A stretch of 63,124 nt of DNA, counting the filler, from Octopus bimaculoides (Eukaryota): assembly GCF_001194135.2 (NCBI RefSeq). It is 6 parts of 6 records of this genome, joined end to end, with 100 filler letters (N's around TTAATTAATTAA, not from the genome) between each part and the next. Parts side by side here need not be neighbours in the genome. Positions count along the whole stretch, not along the records: positions 16,856 to 47,108 come from NC_068994.1; positions 47,209 to 50,044 come from NC_068989.1; positions 50,145 to 58,122 come from NC_068981.1; 3 more parts are not named here. One strand, given 5' to 3'. The first letter of the stretch is position 1, and each line of letters starts with the position of its first letter. Of this stretch, positions 41,405-52,959 are shown in pieces. The position numbers and the translations under genes are program-made. Under the pieces are notes generated by a model, which did no database searches, was not told the DNA's origin, and saw nothing but the letters and a program-made list of their open reading frames with translations.

Positions 41405-41603
41405 CATCATATTTGATGGCATATATAAGATGCACTCCTTTCAAAAAAAAAAGTCTCAAAAATTCATCCCAGGTCCTATATGTACAAAATTGTTTAAATT
41501 TTACATGGTTGAATACACTACAAACATGTTTTCTTTAATATGCACTACTGAAGTTGGGTACATCTAATATAGCCATGTGTCTTTTATGCCATCAAATATG
41601 GTA
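41405..41603. mobile_element. MITE with ~27-bp TIRs
   Basis: CATATTTGATGGCATATATAAGATGCAC is mirrored by GTGTCTTTTATGCCATCAAATATGG. Confidence 0.7.
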
Positions 41604-43187
41604 AATATTTTTATACTTTTAAAACACCTAATACATATTCAAGTTCATACAAAAAAGAAAACAGTAAAAAAGTAAATCAAAAATATCCACATTGTTTCAT
41701 AGGAAAACAAGAAATGAATTCTTGAAAATGCCTTATCGTATAATGAAGAAAGATCTTATGAATTGCATTCTTGTGGTATTACTTGCCAATTTCTTTTCAA
41801 ATTCCCAGTTTTAGATAAAATTGAAAGAAGTAATAATCTAAGCATTTTCATTTTAAATAGTTGACTGGATCTCACTCCTTCACTCATCTGTACTGAAGAC
41901 TACAGTCTCCTTGTTTACAGTGAATTTAGTTGACCCACTTAGAATTAAATACATTACTAGGAACAGAATATAGCACAGGTAATAGAATACAGACTATATG
42001 GCTTAGAGTGAGCTCTTCATCACTCCATAGTCTCAGTTAGTTACAACTGTTATAATTATTTATTGATATGAGAATAAAACTGAATACCTGATATTACTTG
42101 CAATGTTTTCAAAAAAAAAGTGTGACATTTTTGTCAGAGAGATCTAGTAAACTTATCTCATGTTCAAATGATTTATGACCATTATTAGGAGATTATGTTT
42201 TTTTTTATTTTCATGATATATATTTTGAGGAAATTTAATCTTTAGTAGTCCTTTTTGTAACCAGTGATATCGTTATAAAAACATATGTATTTTGCAGGAT
42301 ATTGCTGAAAAGCTAGGGACAAGAAATCAATGATGAACTCCTCTGGACACCCCCAACATGGATATGCTTGGGTTGGTTAGCCAACAAGAGTCTTCATTAT
42401 GAGATGTTGTGTTGTTGATCCTCCAAATGCTGCAGGGGATCTTGATATAAGATGAATTGAAACAAATCCAAACAAGCTCAACCAGTTGATGAGTCTATAT
42501 GATAGTACAGTAGGATATAACATAGTGACATATCATGACATTTGTAATATAGTGAGTAAAAATTTCAATTAACTGAATTATTCATGCAGTCAGTGGACAA
42601 AACCTACCCCCAAGATATTTTGAATCCAAAAACAGCAAGGAAGATTTTTCTGTTAGGAGTGGATCGTGTCATTAAAACCAACTGGTGAAGGCAACAGGTA
42701 TGTTTCAGTCTTATAAAAACCAGTTCTTATTACAGTTCTAATTAGAACTGTAATGCATACTCAGTTGGCATAATTTACAAATGATTAATACATATGCATA
42801 ATTAGAAGCAATGTAATGATGCTGGTTATGAATATCAAAACATGGCTGATTAAAAAATAACCCAGGTGTGTTCTGTATACTAAATACACAAATACACATA
42901 TGGTCACATATGCAGTATAAAAAACTGAAAAACTCAGGGTGTTATTTTATAATACTTGTACATTTTTGCTGACAAAGAGTCATAGATAAAAGTAAATCTA
43001 AGTTTAATAAGATTCAACTATTTTTCTTTGGAATTTTTTTTTTTTTTGCCAAGAAAATTTAACTTCAATTTTTACTTCAAATATTCAATGTTTATTATGA
43101 ATAAAAATAAAGATGCTTAAATATTAACTAAAACAGTTTTACATAGCAACGAAACATAAACGAATTCCATAAACTTTAATGACTCAC

Positions 43188-45642
43188 CTGAAGAGATTCC
43201 TGTATGACATTCTGTGGTTGTATTCCTGATACTGGACCTTTCCACTCATGACTAGATTCATATTTTGAATGAGGATCTCTTCGAAGCAAGAGAGTTGGAC
43301 CATTTCTCTGATTGCTTGCATAGGATTCAACTGTAACAGGCATATCATCATGAGATATTTGTTCAGAGTTGTATTCAGAGAGAGCATTTTCTCCCAAGTA
43401 GTTGTTAGAGTCATCAACTCGACAACTATATTGGACATCTCTTTGGTTATTCTTACGAAGAATACATACAGTAATTGAAACTACAATAGCAACAGAAACT
43501 ATAACTGCTGCTACTACTATAATAATCATCAAATTAATATGTATTCTATTGTCTGTTTCTGTGTCTTCAGCTGTGTACATTATCGCTGTTGTATTGCTAA
43601 CAGTTAGTGCCAAAGACAGTATAGTTGTTGCGGATAAAATTGGTGTACCACCATCTTTGACGGCTAATTTTAAAACATAAGATCCAGCATCATTTTGATA
43701 AACTGGGCGAGAAAAAGACAAAACTCCTGTATAAGGATTGACTGTAAATAACTGCTTGTCATTACCTCTATATACTTCATATCTGAGGAATGCATTTACA
43801 TGTCTGTCTCTGTCTGAGGCTCTTAGTGTTGTGATGTCGGTATTCATTTGTGGTTGGTAATGGATTTCTAAATTGAAAGGGTTAACACTTGGAAATGTGA
43901 AATAAGGAGCATTGTCATTTTTATCCATAACTTTAACAATCACATTTGCTGTGTTGTTAAGAGATGGTGTACCATTATCTTTGACTAAAACTTTGAACTT
44001 GTAGACATCTTGTTGCTCTCTATCCAAAGATTGTGTTGCTGAAATGAATCCAAAGTCAGAAATGACAAAAGGAAGAATATTATAATTCTGATTAAATAAA
44101 GAAAAACTCAGTTGCCCACCAGGTCCCAAATCTTCATCTGTAGCATTAACAAAGCCAACAGGAAAATTTTGCTCTTCATTTTCATATGTTAAAAATTGGA
44201 ATGTATCTTTTGTAAATTGAGGCTGTATGTCGTTGACATCTTTCACTTGGATGGAAAACTTTCTTTCAGTTCTTAAAGGGGGAGATCCTTTGTCTTCACA
44301 AATTATTGTGCTTTCAATATAGCTTTCAGTTTCTCTGTTGATTAAATTCTTCACAACAATTTTGTATTTGTTTTTTCCAAGGCTTCTTAGCTGAAGTTTT
44401 TCATGCTGAAGGTCACATGATACTTCACTGTTTCTACCAATATCTTCATCGGTGACTTTAACAAATGCAATGAATCCTCCAACTTTGATTGCTTCAGACA
44501 CCATTGCATTATTTTCTTTAGAGCGAGAAATAAAGTTCATGTCTATGACAGGGGCATTGTTCTGTTGGTTGATGACATAGACTAGAACAATGGCAGTGGA
44601 ACTCAAAGGAGGATTTCCTCCATCAGTAGCTTCAACGAACAACTTATATACCTTTTTGGCTCTTGCTGGAAGTTTTTGAAGCAAAAATATTTCACCACTT
44701 TTTTTGTGTACTTTGAAATACATTTTATGATTACTTGAAGTTTTTGAACCAAATTTAAAGAAAACTTTACCATTTATGCCTGAATCTACATCTGTTGCTG
44801 AAACACGGATGATTGCAGTGCCTTTAAAATAACCATCATTTATTGACACGTTATAAACATTCTGTGAAAATACAGGAGAGTTGTCATTTTCATCTGTAAC
44901 AGATATCAGAACATTCAAGCTTCCTTGCAGTGGAGGTGAACCTCCATCTTTAGCGATCACTTCTACTGTATAGCTATCCTTTATTTCTCGATCAAGTTTC
45001 TGCTGCAAAAAAATTCCCAGTTTTGCAGTTCCATCAATCTTCTTAATAACAGACAGAGCAAATAAATTACTAAGGTTTTCATTTAAGTGATATGTGATTT
45101 GGGAGTTCTGAGCTCCAACATCAATATCAATAGCATTTGGAATTGATTTTATGGTACCTCTTCCATCTGTTTCAGAAAAGTAAAGATTATTGGCATCAAC
45201 TGGAAATTCTGGTCGATTATCATTGACATCTTCTATAATAATTTTTAACTCCAATATCTTAACAAAAGACAATTTATTTTGTACTGCAACATCCACCATT
45301 TTGAAACATTCAGTGTTATATTTACACAGAGATTCAGCATCAAGTTTCTGAGCAGTATAAAGCTTCCCTGTTTTGGTAATATTAAACAACTGAGGTGTAG
45401 AAGAAATTTCCTGCTGGAGTTGACTAAACCAAAGGACAGTTTGTTGTGAACCTTGTGCTGAATTACTTCTCAAAATGTTTGTATCAAAAGCAATGTCACC
45501 AATAAAAATTCCAGGACGCTGATTTTCTTTTATATTGTAGATCCAGTCTACGCAGTCTGAGACATTCAGAATAAACAGCAAATATAATATTTTTAGCATA
45601 TTTCCCTTTAGAATTTGTCTGGCTGATTTAATATGTTTGCAT
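43188..45642 (-). CDS. Protocadherin, main exon (signal peptide, EC1-EC6, TM, proximal cytoplasmic tail); ATG at 45599, further 3' exon(s) not identified
   Basis: 807-codon ORF 45599->43176. It has a hydrophobic N-terminus (MLKILYLLFIL), cadherin motifs (DVNDNRPEF, LDRE, AKDGG, DENDNSPVF, ATDVD, DKNDNAPYF) repeated six times, and a TM segment at about aa 689-714 (NLMIIIVVAAVIVSVAIVVSITVCIL). An acceptor TTTCTTTATATTTCTAG lies 43 nt above the ATG (exon start 45642). A phase-0 donor CAG|GTGAGT at 43188 means the terminal VSH* of the raw ORF is intron read-through. Subfamily cannot be assigned, so no gene symbol is given. Confidence 0.95.
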
Positions 45643-45859
45643 CTAGAAATATAAAGAAAGGAAGAAGAAAAAACAATTTCATTTTAATCTTAATTTGAAA
45701 CTGTATTTTGAAATGATAAAAATATAGCAAAAATGAAGCTGTATGAAAAGATTATGTCTATTAAAAAATATTCCTTCTACTTTACCTCATTTAATAGCAA
45801 TAAGATTTTCCATCATATTTCTAAATTTCTCTGAAACAATGTTCAGCAACTGTAATTTA

Positions 45860-45992
45860 GCTTTTAATAATAATAATAATAGTAATAATAATAATGATGA
45901 TGATGATGGTGTTGAAGATGATGATAATGATGAACACAATAACAATAACAACAGCACTGTTATTACTACTAATACCACCACCACTGATAATG

Positions 45993-46029
<37 letters not shown>

Positions 46030-46055
46030 TGATGATAACAGCAACAACAATAATA
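45860..46055. repeat. Mixed AAT/GAT/AAC trinucleotide low-complexity tract upstream of the protocadherin exon
   Basis: Seen directly; similar tracts lie at 46590-46705, 23410-23530, 29790-29910 and 33455-33600. Confidence 0.9.
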
Positions 46056-46205
46056 AATGTTTATAGAAAATAAACATTTTCCCTCCACCTAAATAGATAC
46101 ATTAAAATTGAACAAAATGATTTCATAAACAACTGAATGTATTTTGAATGTATAAAATTTAATTATTCACGAGAAGGAATTCTTCAGTATACATACATAT
46201 ATACA

Positions 46206-46240
<35 letters not shown>

Positions 46241-48806
46241 GTGTAAGCACTATATTACAGACGAAAATAACTGCATATATGAAAGCAATATTTATTTACA
46301 GCATTTGAAATGATGTTACGTAAAAGGGGTAAAAATAAAACAAACAGATGGATGGACATTTTATTCATCAACCTACTTATTTTTGTTCATTATAGACATT
46401 ACCATTGCATCAGCAAGTTTCCCTGCTTTTCAAATAAAGAATAAATGAACCAAAATATTTCAAAGAACAGATGCAATTTTTCTGTGAGAAATTGGCAAGA
46501 GGTATAGAACAATGGAATGGTGATAATAAGAATAATATGAACGAGAATGAGACCATCAAGATTAATGTCATTGCTACTACTGCTTCTTCTAATAGTAATG
46601 ATAATGATAATGGGATCAAAATGGTAGTAGTAGTAGTGGTAGGAGTAGTAGTAGTAGTAGTAGTTGTTGTTGTAGTGGTGGCAGTGGCGATGGTGGTGGT
46701 GGTTTAGAATGAAGTTTCTATTGTAAAGATTTACCAGGTAAATTATAGCATTACTGAAAAGAAAACAATCTTGCTAAGTTATTATGGAAATATTGAAGTA
46801 ATGCAAAAACAAGTTGCACAGAAAAATGATGTTTTTATTGGAATTTCATTTAGAAGATTGGTTCACAGATGGAAGCACAATTTCACGAATATATTAAAAT
46901 GCTGATGGAGCAACTAAAAGTGATTTATGTGTGTGTGTATGAGTCTATATATATATATGTGTGTGGGTGTATACATATATACAGACACATATGTGTACAC
47001 TAATATATATCTAATATATGTATATATCAACATTTATACATATATATATCATCATCATCTTCATTGTATGTATGTATTCATAAATATATATATATATATA
47101 TATATATANNNNNNNNNNNNNNNNNNNNNNNNNNNNNNNNNNNNNNNNNNNNTTAATTAATTAANNNNNNNNNNNNNNNNNNNNNNNNNNNNNNNNNNNN
47201 NNNNNNNNTATATATATATATACAAATATATATACACACATACTAAACAATTAGTAGGCCCAAAACAGTAGTGGAAGAAAGACACTGGCCCAAGTGCCAC
47301 GCAGTGCGACTGCACCCGAAACCAAGTGTTTGAATAGCAAGCTTCTTACCACCCAGTCACATCTATTGCACTGAACAGTCATGTCCACCAGCAACTTTTT
47401 GGCCAACTATTTAGTCTGCTTTTCTAATATGATATTTTACCTTGATTTGATGTCTAGACGACGATTGACACTAAGAATCATGAATAAATTATAAATTTAC
47501 GTCTAAGATATAAGAGTAGTAATATTAAACATTGTACTTTTGTTTACACTGATTTAAAATCGATAAATAACTAATTTGGAACCAAAAATTAAAAATGAAA
47601 TAATTGGCCTAATTTTTTCTTGTGCACAAAAATATGAATGCAACATTTTGACAGCTAATTAGGCATTATGTTTCCATACAGGAGACAGCTGTTTTCACAT
47701 AATCAGTTATTTTATGTACAGTTTGCGATCGTATGTGATGTTATATAATATAACAGTGTCCGTAAGAAGGATTGCACCAAAGCCCAAAGCCCAAAGAATT
47801 ACTGGGAATTTGGAGAAATACAAATAATAATAATTAGATTTTAATATAACTGATTTTTCACACCCCATACATGACAGAAATAACATACGCGGATATTGAA
47901 GCAGTTTTGTATAGGGTGAAATAAAAGAGGACACACAACTAGGTGCGTTTAGATAGATAGTTTGATATATATATTTATGTTGTTGTTGTTGTTGTCACTA
48001 CGTCGCTTAAGACGTCGAGGGTTCCAGTTAATCCGATCAACGGAACAGCCTGCTCCTGAAATTAGCGTGCAAGTGACTGAGCACTCCACAGACACGTGTA
48101 CCATTAACGTTAATACTATCTTTCTAAAGGCGGTGAGCTGGCAGAAACGTTAGCGGTATTTCGTCTGCCGTTATGTTCTGAGTTCAAATTCCGTCGAGGT
48201 CGACTTTGCCTGTCATCCTTTCGGAGTCGATAAATTAAGTTGCGTACTGGGGTCGATCTCATCGGCTGGCCTCTCTCTCCAGTGTGTGTATGCATGAGCG
48301 TGTACGTGTGTATATGTATGCGCAAGTTTGGTAGAACAAGCAGGGGAATATAGAAATGCATAGATAAGTGTATCGCATAATAAAATAGGAGGAACATGTG
48401 CTCGCCAAAGGAATCAATGCGTTTATACAAAACTGAGTATAAATATATACATGTTATTAACCAGGAAAAATCCCTGAGAAAACTAGGAAAACAATGTCCA
48501 TAGTAGTTTTTTATCGATAGGTAGCTATTAAGAAAGTCATACACTCTCATCGATAAGATAGATGAGATCTGATGCAATCCTTCTTAGTAGTTCTTTATAG
48601 GTACCTAGATATATGGAATTCATACATAGGCGTGGCCGTGTGGTGAGAAGCTTGAACTCAAGCACATGGTTCGGGGTTCAGTCCCACTGTGTAGCACCTT
48701 CGGCATGTGTCTTCTACTATAGTCTCGAGCCGACCGAAGCCTAGTGAGTGGATTTGGTAGACAGAAACTGAAAGAAGCCCGTCGTCGAGCAAACACGCGA
48801 ACTTAC

Positions 48807-48861
48807 TTCGTCCCGCTTCCAGTTCGTTGCTTCACGGCGTTCAATATACACATAATTTTTC
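48807..48861 (-). promoter_or_regulatory. Candidate minus-strand first exon with GTAAGT donor (could splice to the protocadherin acceptor at 45642)
   Basis: CpG-dense ...GGAAGCGGGACGAA|GTAAGT. Caveat: it sits between a family-B SINE head and tail and may be a repeat fragment. Confidence 0.3.
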
Positions 48862-49370
48862 NNNNNNNNNNNNNNNNNNNNNNNNNNNNNNNNNNNNNNN
48901 NNNNNNNNNNNNNNNNNNNNNNNNNNNNNNNNNNNNNNNNNNNNNNNNNNNNNNNNNNNNNNNNNNNNNNNNNNNNNNNNNNNNNNNNNNNNNNNNNNNN
49001 NNNNNNNNNNNNNNNNNNNNNNNNNNNNNNNNNNNNNNNNNNNNNNNNNNNNNNNNNNNNNNNNNNNNNNNNNNNNNNNNNNNNNNNNNNNNNNNNNNNN
49101 NNNNNNNNNNNNNNNNNNNNNNNNNNNNNNNNNNNNNNNNNNNNNNNNNNNNNNNNNNNNNNNNNNNNNNNNNNNNNNNNNNNNNNNNNNNNNNNNNNNN
49201 NNNNNNNNNNNNNNNNNNNNNNNNNNNNNNNNNNNNNNNNNNNNNNNNNNNNNNNNNNNNNNNNNNNNNNNNNNNNNNNNNNNNNNNNNNNNNNNNNNNN
49301 NNNNNNNNNNNNNNNNNNNNNNNNNNNNNNNNNNNNNNNNNNNNNNNNNNNNNNNTATATATATATATAT

Positions 49371-49449
<79 letters not shown>

Positions 49450-49739
49450 TGTGTGTATACATATATATGTATATATCAATGTGTATGTGTCTTTGTGACT
49501 GTATTTGTCCCTCCCCCTATATCATCGTTTGACAACCGATGTTGGTGTATTTACGTCTCCGTAACTTAGCAGTTCGGCAAAAGAGATCGATACAATAAGT
49601 ACCAGGCTTACAAAGAACAAGTCCTGGGGTCATTTCTTAGACTTAAAACCTTTGAGACGGTGCTCCATCATGGCCGCCGTCAAATGACGGAAACAAGTAA
49701 GAGAATAAAAATAACGAAAGAATAAAAGATAAAGGAAAG

Positions 49740-49788
49740 AGGAGAATCGCGGCAACACTTTACAGCTGTTTCCTGTGATTGGTGATCA
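49740..49788 (+). promoter_or_regulatory. Candidate plus-strand first exon/promoter with GTAAGT donor (could belong to ACSF3)
   Basis: TTTCCTGTGATTGGTGATCA|GTAAGT contains an ETS-like TTCC and a reverse CCAAT, in CpG-retaining sequence. Confidence 0.3.
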
Positions 49789-50026
49789 GTAAGTGCAGCA
49801 TCGTACGTTGGACGTACTTATAGAAAATTGGTGTCTGTGAATGTATATATATGAAATAACATAAATTTAGAAGTGTCATCGGAGGGAAATAATAAATCGC
49901 TACATTTCTTATAGTTGAATCTTGCTTATCTGGATTTTGTTTCCCTTCGTTTGTCGGTGAATTTTAGGTATTTCATCCGATCTAAACACTTATCTGTTTG
50001 TGTCTTTTATATGCATTTTAACTTAA

Positions 50027-50044
50027 AGATCGGAAGAGCGTCGT
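50027..50044 (+). other. Illumina adapter remnant (assembly contamination)
   Basis: AGATCGGAAGAGCGTCGT, the start of a TruSeq adapter sequence, ends exactly at a contig edge. Confidence 0.9.
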
Positions 50045-50144
50045 NNNNNNNNNNNNNNNNNNNNNNNNNNNNNNNNNNNNNNNNNNNNTTAATTAATTAA
50101 NNNNNNNNNNNNNNNNNNNNNNNNNNNNNNNNNNNNNNNNNNNN

Positions 50145-50375
50145 CACCATTTTGAGCGTGGCCGTTGCCAGTATCGCCTGACTGGCCTTCGTGCGGGTGA
50201 CACGTAAAAGCACCCACTACACTCTCTGAGTGGTTGGCGTTAGGAAGGGCATCCAGCTGTAGAAACTCTGCCAAATCAGATTGGAGCCTGGTGTTGCCAT
50301 CCGGTTTCACCAGTCTTCAGTCAAATCGTCCAACCCATGCTAGCATGGAAAGCGGACGTTAAATGATGATGATGA
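50145..50375 (+). mobile_element. Young SINE/LINE-tail repeat, family F
   Basis: GGTTGGCGTTAGGAAGGGCATCCAG...CCCATGCTAGCATGGAAAGCGGACGTTAAA(TGA)n. A near-identical inverted copy lies at 57897-58122. Older copies lie at about 18650-18850, 24320-24450, 29930-30100, 31760-32430, 50400-50900 and 56290-57100. Confidence 0.85.
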
Positions 50376-51058
50376 TATATACGCATGCACACACACACAC
50401 ACATCAATGGGTTGGCTGGTTTGACATGGATCCAATGAATCAAGGACTGCATCCTACTCCAGTGTCTGCTTTGGCAGAGTTTATGCTGTTGGGTGCCCTT
50501 TCGATTGCCAATCATTTTGCAATGTGTTCTGGGTGTTTTTCTCATGCACTCTTGAGGTCACCATGTAGATTGCTCGTCAACCAATCCAGGAAGGGACGTA
50601 TGTTGCTTTTGTATGTTAGATGGGGATTAAGGTAGGAGGGAAGAAATTTGTTTTAGAGGGAGCAGCTACATGGCTACTTACATTTAGGAAAGAGAGAACA
50701 AGAATGAATTAGAGGTATCTCTAAGGAAATAGACAGTTGGATGAGGTGTCCAGGTGGTACCTCAGGTAGCTAGAGAAGTAGTGTGTGTTGGGAAGAGAGA
50801 GGAGTAGTGAGAGAAGCCGTTAGAGAACATCTACAAGGATTGAAGGGAGATAGTGTACAAGTTGGGGAGGCTACAGGATACTAAGCAGGCATAATATATA
50901 TAATAATTCTTGTTATTGTAATTATGCTGTCATTTGGAGTAGATTGGATTAATTTTGAGATATATGCATTCCTGTCAAGATTTAATATTGTTACTGCTTT
51001 AGACATTTTAATCTTGATGATAGTAGTGTTAATGGTTGTAGTAATCAATGAAAATAAT

Positions 51059-51757
51059 TATGTTATATGTAAACAAACATAAGTTCGTTTTTGAAGTACT
51101 GAAATGTATTGTAGTACAAGTAGAAAGATACATTTTTTTCAATATATATGCTGATAGAACAGCATATATAGGATAAAATCCTTTGAGCAGAAAAATCTGT
51201 CACAACCAGCCATGAGACTCGAACTCACATCCCTTCAGTTTCTGGTCAAAGTGCTTTACCATTTAAGCTAAACTGCTTTACTGACAAATTCTTCTGCAAT
51301 TTAGAATTTATAGACTCATCTAGAAACACTAAATGGAATAGAAATTATGTCATATGTACGCAAACAAGTTTGTTTTTAAAGCGCTGAAATTTTTTCTGCT
51401 CTGTAAGGATTTTATCCTGTATATACTGTTCTATCAATACTTACGCATTGAAAAAATATATCTTGTACTACAATACATTTCAGCGCTTCAAAAACAAACT
51501 TATGTTTGTTTACATATGACATAATTTCTATTCCATCTAGTGTTTCTAGATGAGTTTATAAATTCTAAATTGCAGAAGAATTTGTCAGTAAAGCAGTTTA
51601 GCTTAAATGGTAAAGCACTTTGACCAGAAATTGAAGGGATGTGAGTTCGAGTCTCATGGCTGGTTTCTGACAGATTTTTCTGTTCTGTAAAGATTTTATG
51701 CTATATATGCTGTTCTATCAGTACATATGCATTGAAAAAATATATCTTTCTACTTGT
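51059..51757. mobile_element. TSD-flanked inverted pair of circularly permuted ~285-290-bp tRNA-derived units
   Basis: AATGAAAATAAT flanks both ends (51047-51058 and 51758-51769). The left arm (51059-51390) is the reverse complement of a permutation of the right arm (51391-51757). tRNA-like cloverleafs lie at 51205-51277 (-) and 51592-51664 (+). Confidence 0.85.
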
Positions 51758-52767
51758 AATGAAAATAATGTTTGGAACCCTGAAGTATTGAAAATGATTA
51801 CTTCTGTCATACTTCGACTGACTTGATGGTGGGTCTATGAAAGGTATTCCAGGACCAATGACAGATGAAGTCAGTGGTCTCAATACAGTAAGTTGTTGCT
51901 TAGTCCCAGGTTAGCTCAGGTTGAGAAGCCCTCTGATCAGTGATGTTCTAACCTCGATCATCTCATTTTCTAGTACTCCATTAAGCAGTGTAAGTTCTTT
52001 TCTAAGACTGGCAGTGTGTGAATTGGAGGCAATTTGGTTCCTATTATAACGGATTAAATGACTGTGCAAGGACTGTTGTTGGTTCATAATCCAGTATGTT
52101 ATTCCTTGTGGGTCAAGGATTTATTTTGGATTGATTTTCATAATTTTTAGATTAGATTAATTGAAGTTGTTGAAGGTAGTGATGCAGTAGGGCTTAATTT
52201 GGAAATTAACTACTGTTTCTTGTAATTGATCAAATGTATTGAGTCTAACTTGTTTGTTTAATGGTAATCTTTAGTATTTTGAACACTGACATAACTGTAA
52301 CATCCAAAATTTATTTTGCTAAATAGGTAAATTTGCATTTTACTCTAGGGAATATCCAACTTTGTGACCTTTCTATAATCATAACAATATAACAGTGTTA
52401 TTTGATAGCTAACATTTTGCTAAAATATTAATACATTTCTAACAAATGTAGAATGTCTTTGCTTGTTCTTAAGTCACAAATTGAAATAACTGAAGGGATC
52501 TAGAGCTATTAAGGTTGGGTGTTGCCTTTATTCCTTGTTATTTATTATTGTAATATTTATTTGTTTATCCAGATGCCTTTGTATGAAATGTAGGTGTTGT
52601 AAAAAAAATGCTAAGTTTTAGTATTCCTTGAAAGAGTCTGAATCTGAAAATTATTGTCTTCTTGAATATGGAAGAGAGTAAATGTGCATGACAATCTTTC
52701 AAAGCTTATTAAAATTGTCTCTTTGTCTTTGCAGCAGTCTACTGATTAAAGTATGTTATTGTTTCAG

Positions 52768-52959
52768 GGTGTGGTGCTAACTCATGGCAACTTAACTGCT
52801 CAGATAGAAGCTATGATATACAGCTGGGGATGGACAAGAAATGATGTTATTTTACACACATTACCACTACATCATGTTCATGGCATTGTTAATGTACTTA
52901 TGACGCCATTCCATTGTGGTGCTACTTGTGTGATGCTTACGAAATTTGACCCACAAACG
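52768..52959 (+). CDS. ACSF3: ACSF3-like acyl-CoA (malonyl-CoA) synthetase, internal exon (64 codons)
   Basis: TTTCAG|GGT...ACG|GTAATT, phase 0/0. It encodes GVVLTHGNL...WTRNDVILHTLPLHHVHGIVNVLMTPFHCGATCVML, which matches the ACSF3 segment just after the AMP-binding P-loop (LPLHHVHG motif). Confidence 0.9.

Noticed and set aside
51535-51585. CTAGATGAG as a hammerhead core in the permuted unit
   Set aside because: I could not find a matching stem II followed by GAAA, so no ribozyme is claimed for this element without a consensus-based search.
51592-51664. Apparent tRNA genes (also 51205-51277 on the minus strand)
   Set aside because: They have mismatched acceptor and anticodon stems and no U33, and are embedded in a TSD-flanked repeat. 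They are tRNA-derived promoters, not functional tRNAs.
51800-51890. Plus-strand segment ending in ACA|GTAAGT as the missing upstream ACSF3 exon
   Set aside because: No frame encodes the expected YTSGTTG..K motif, and there is an in-frame stop just upstream.
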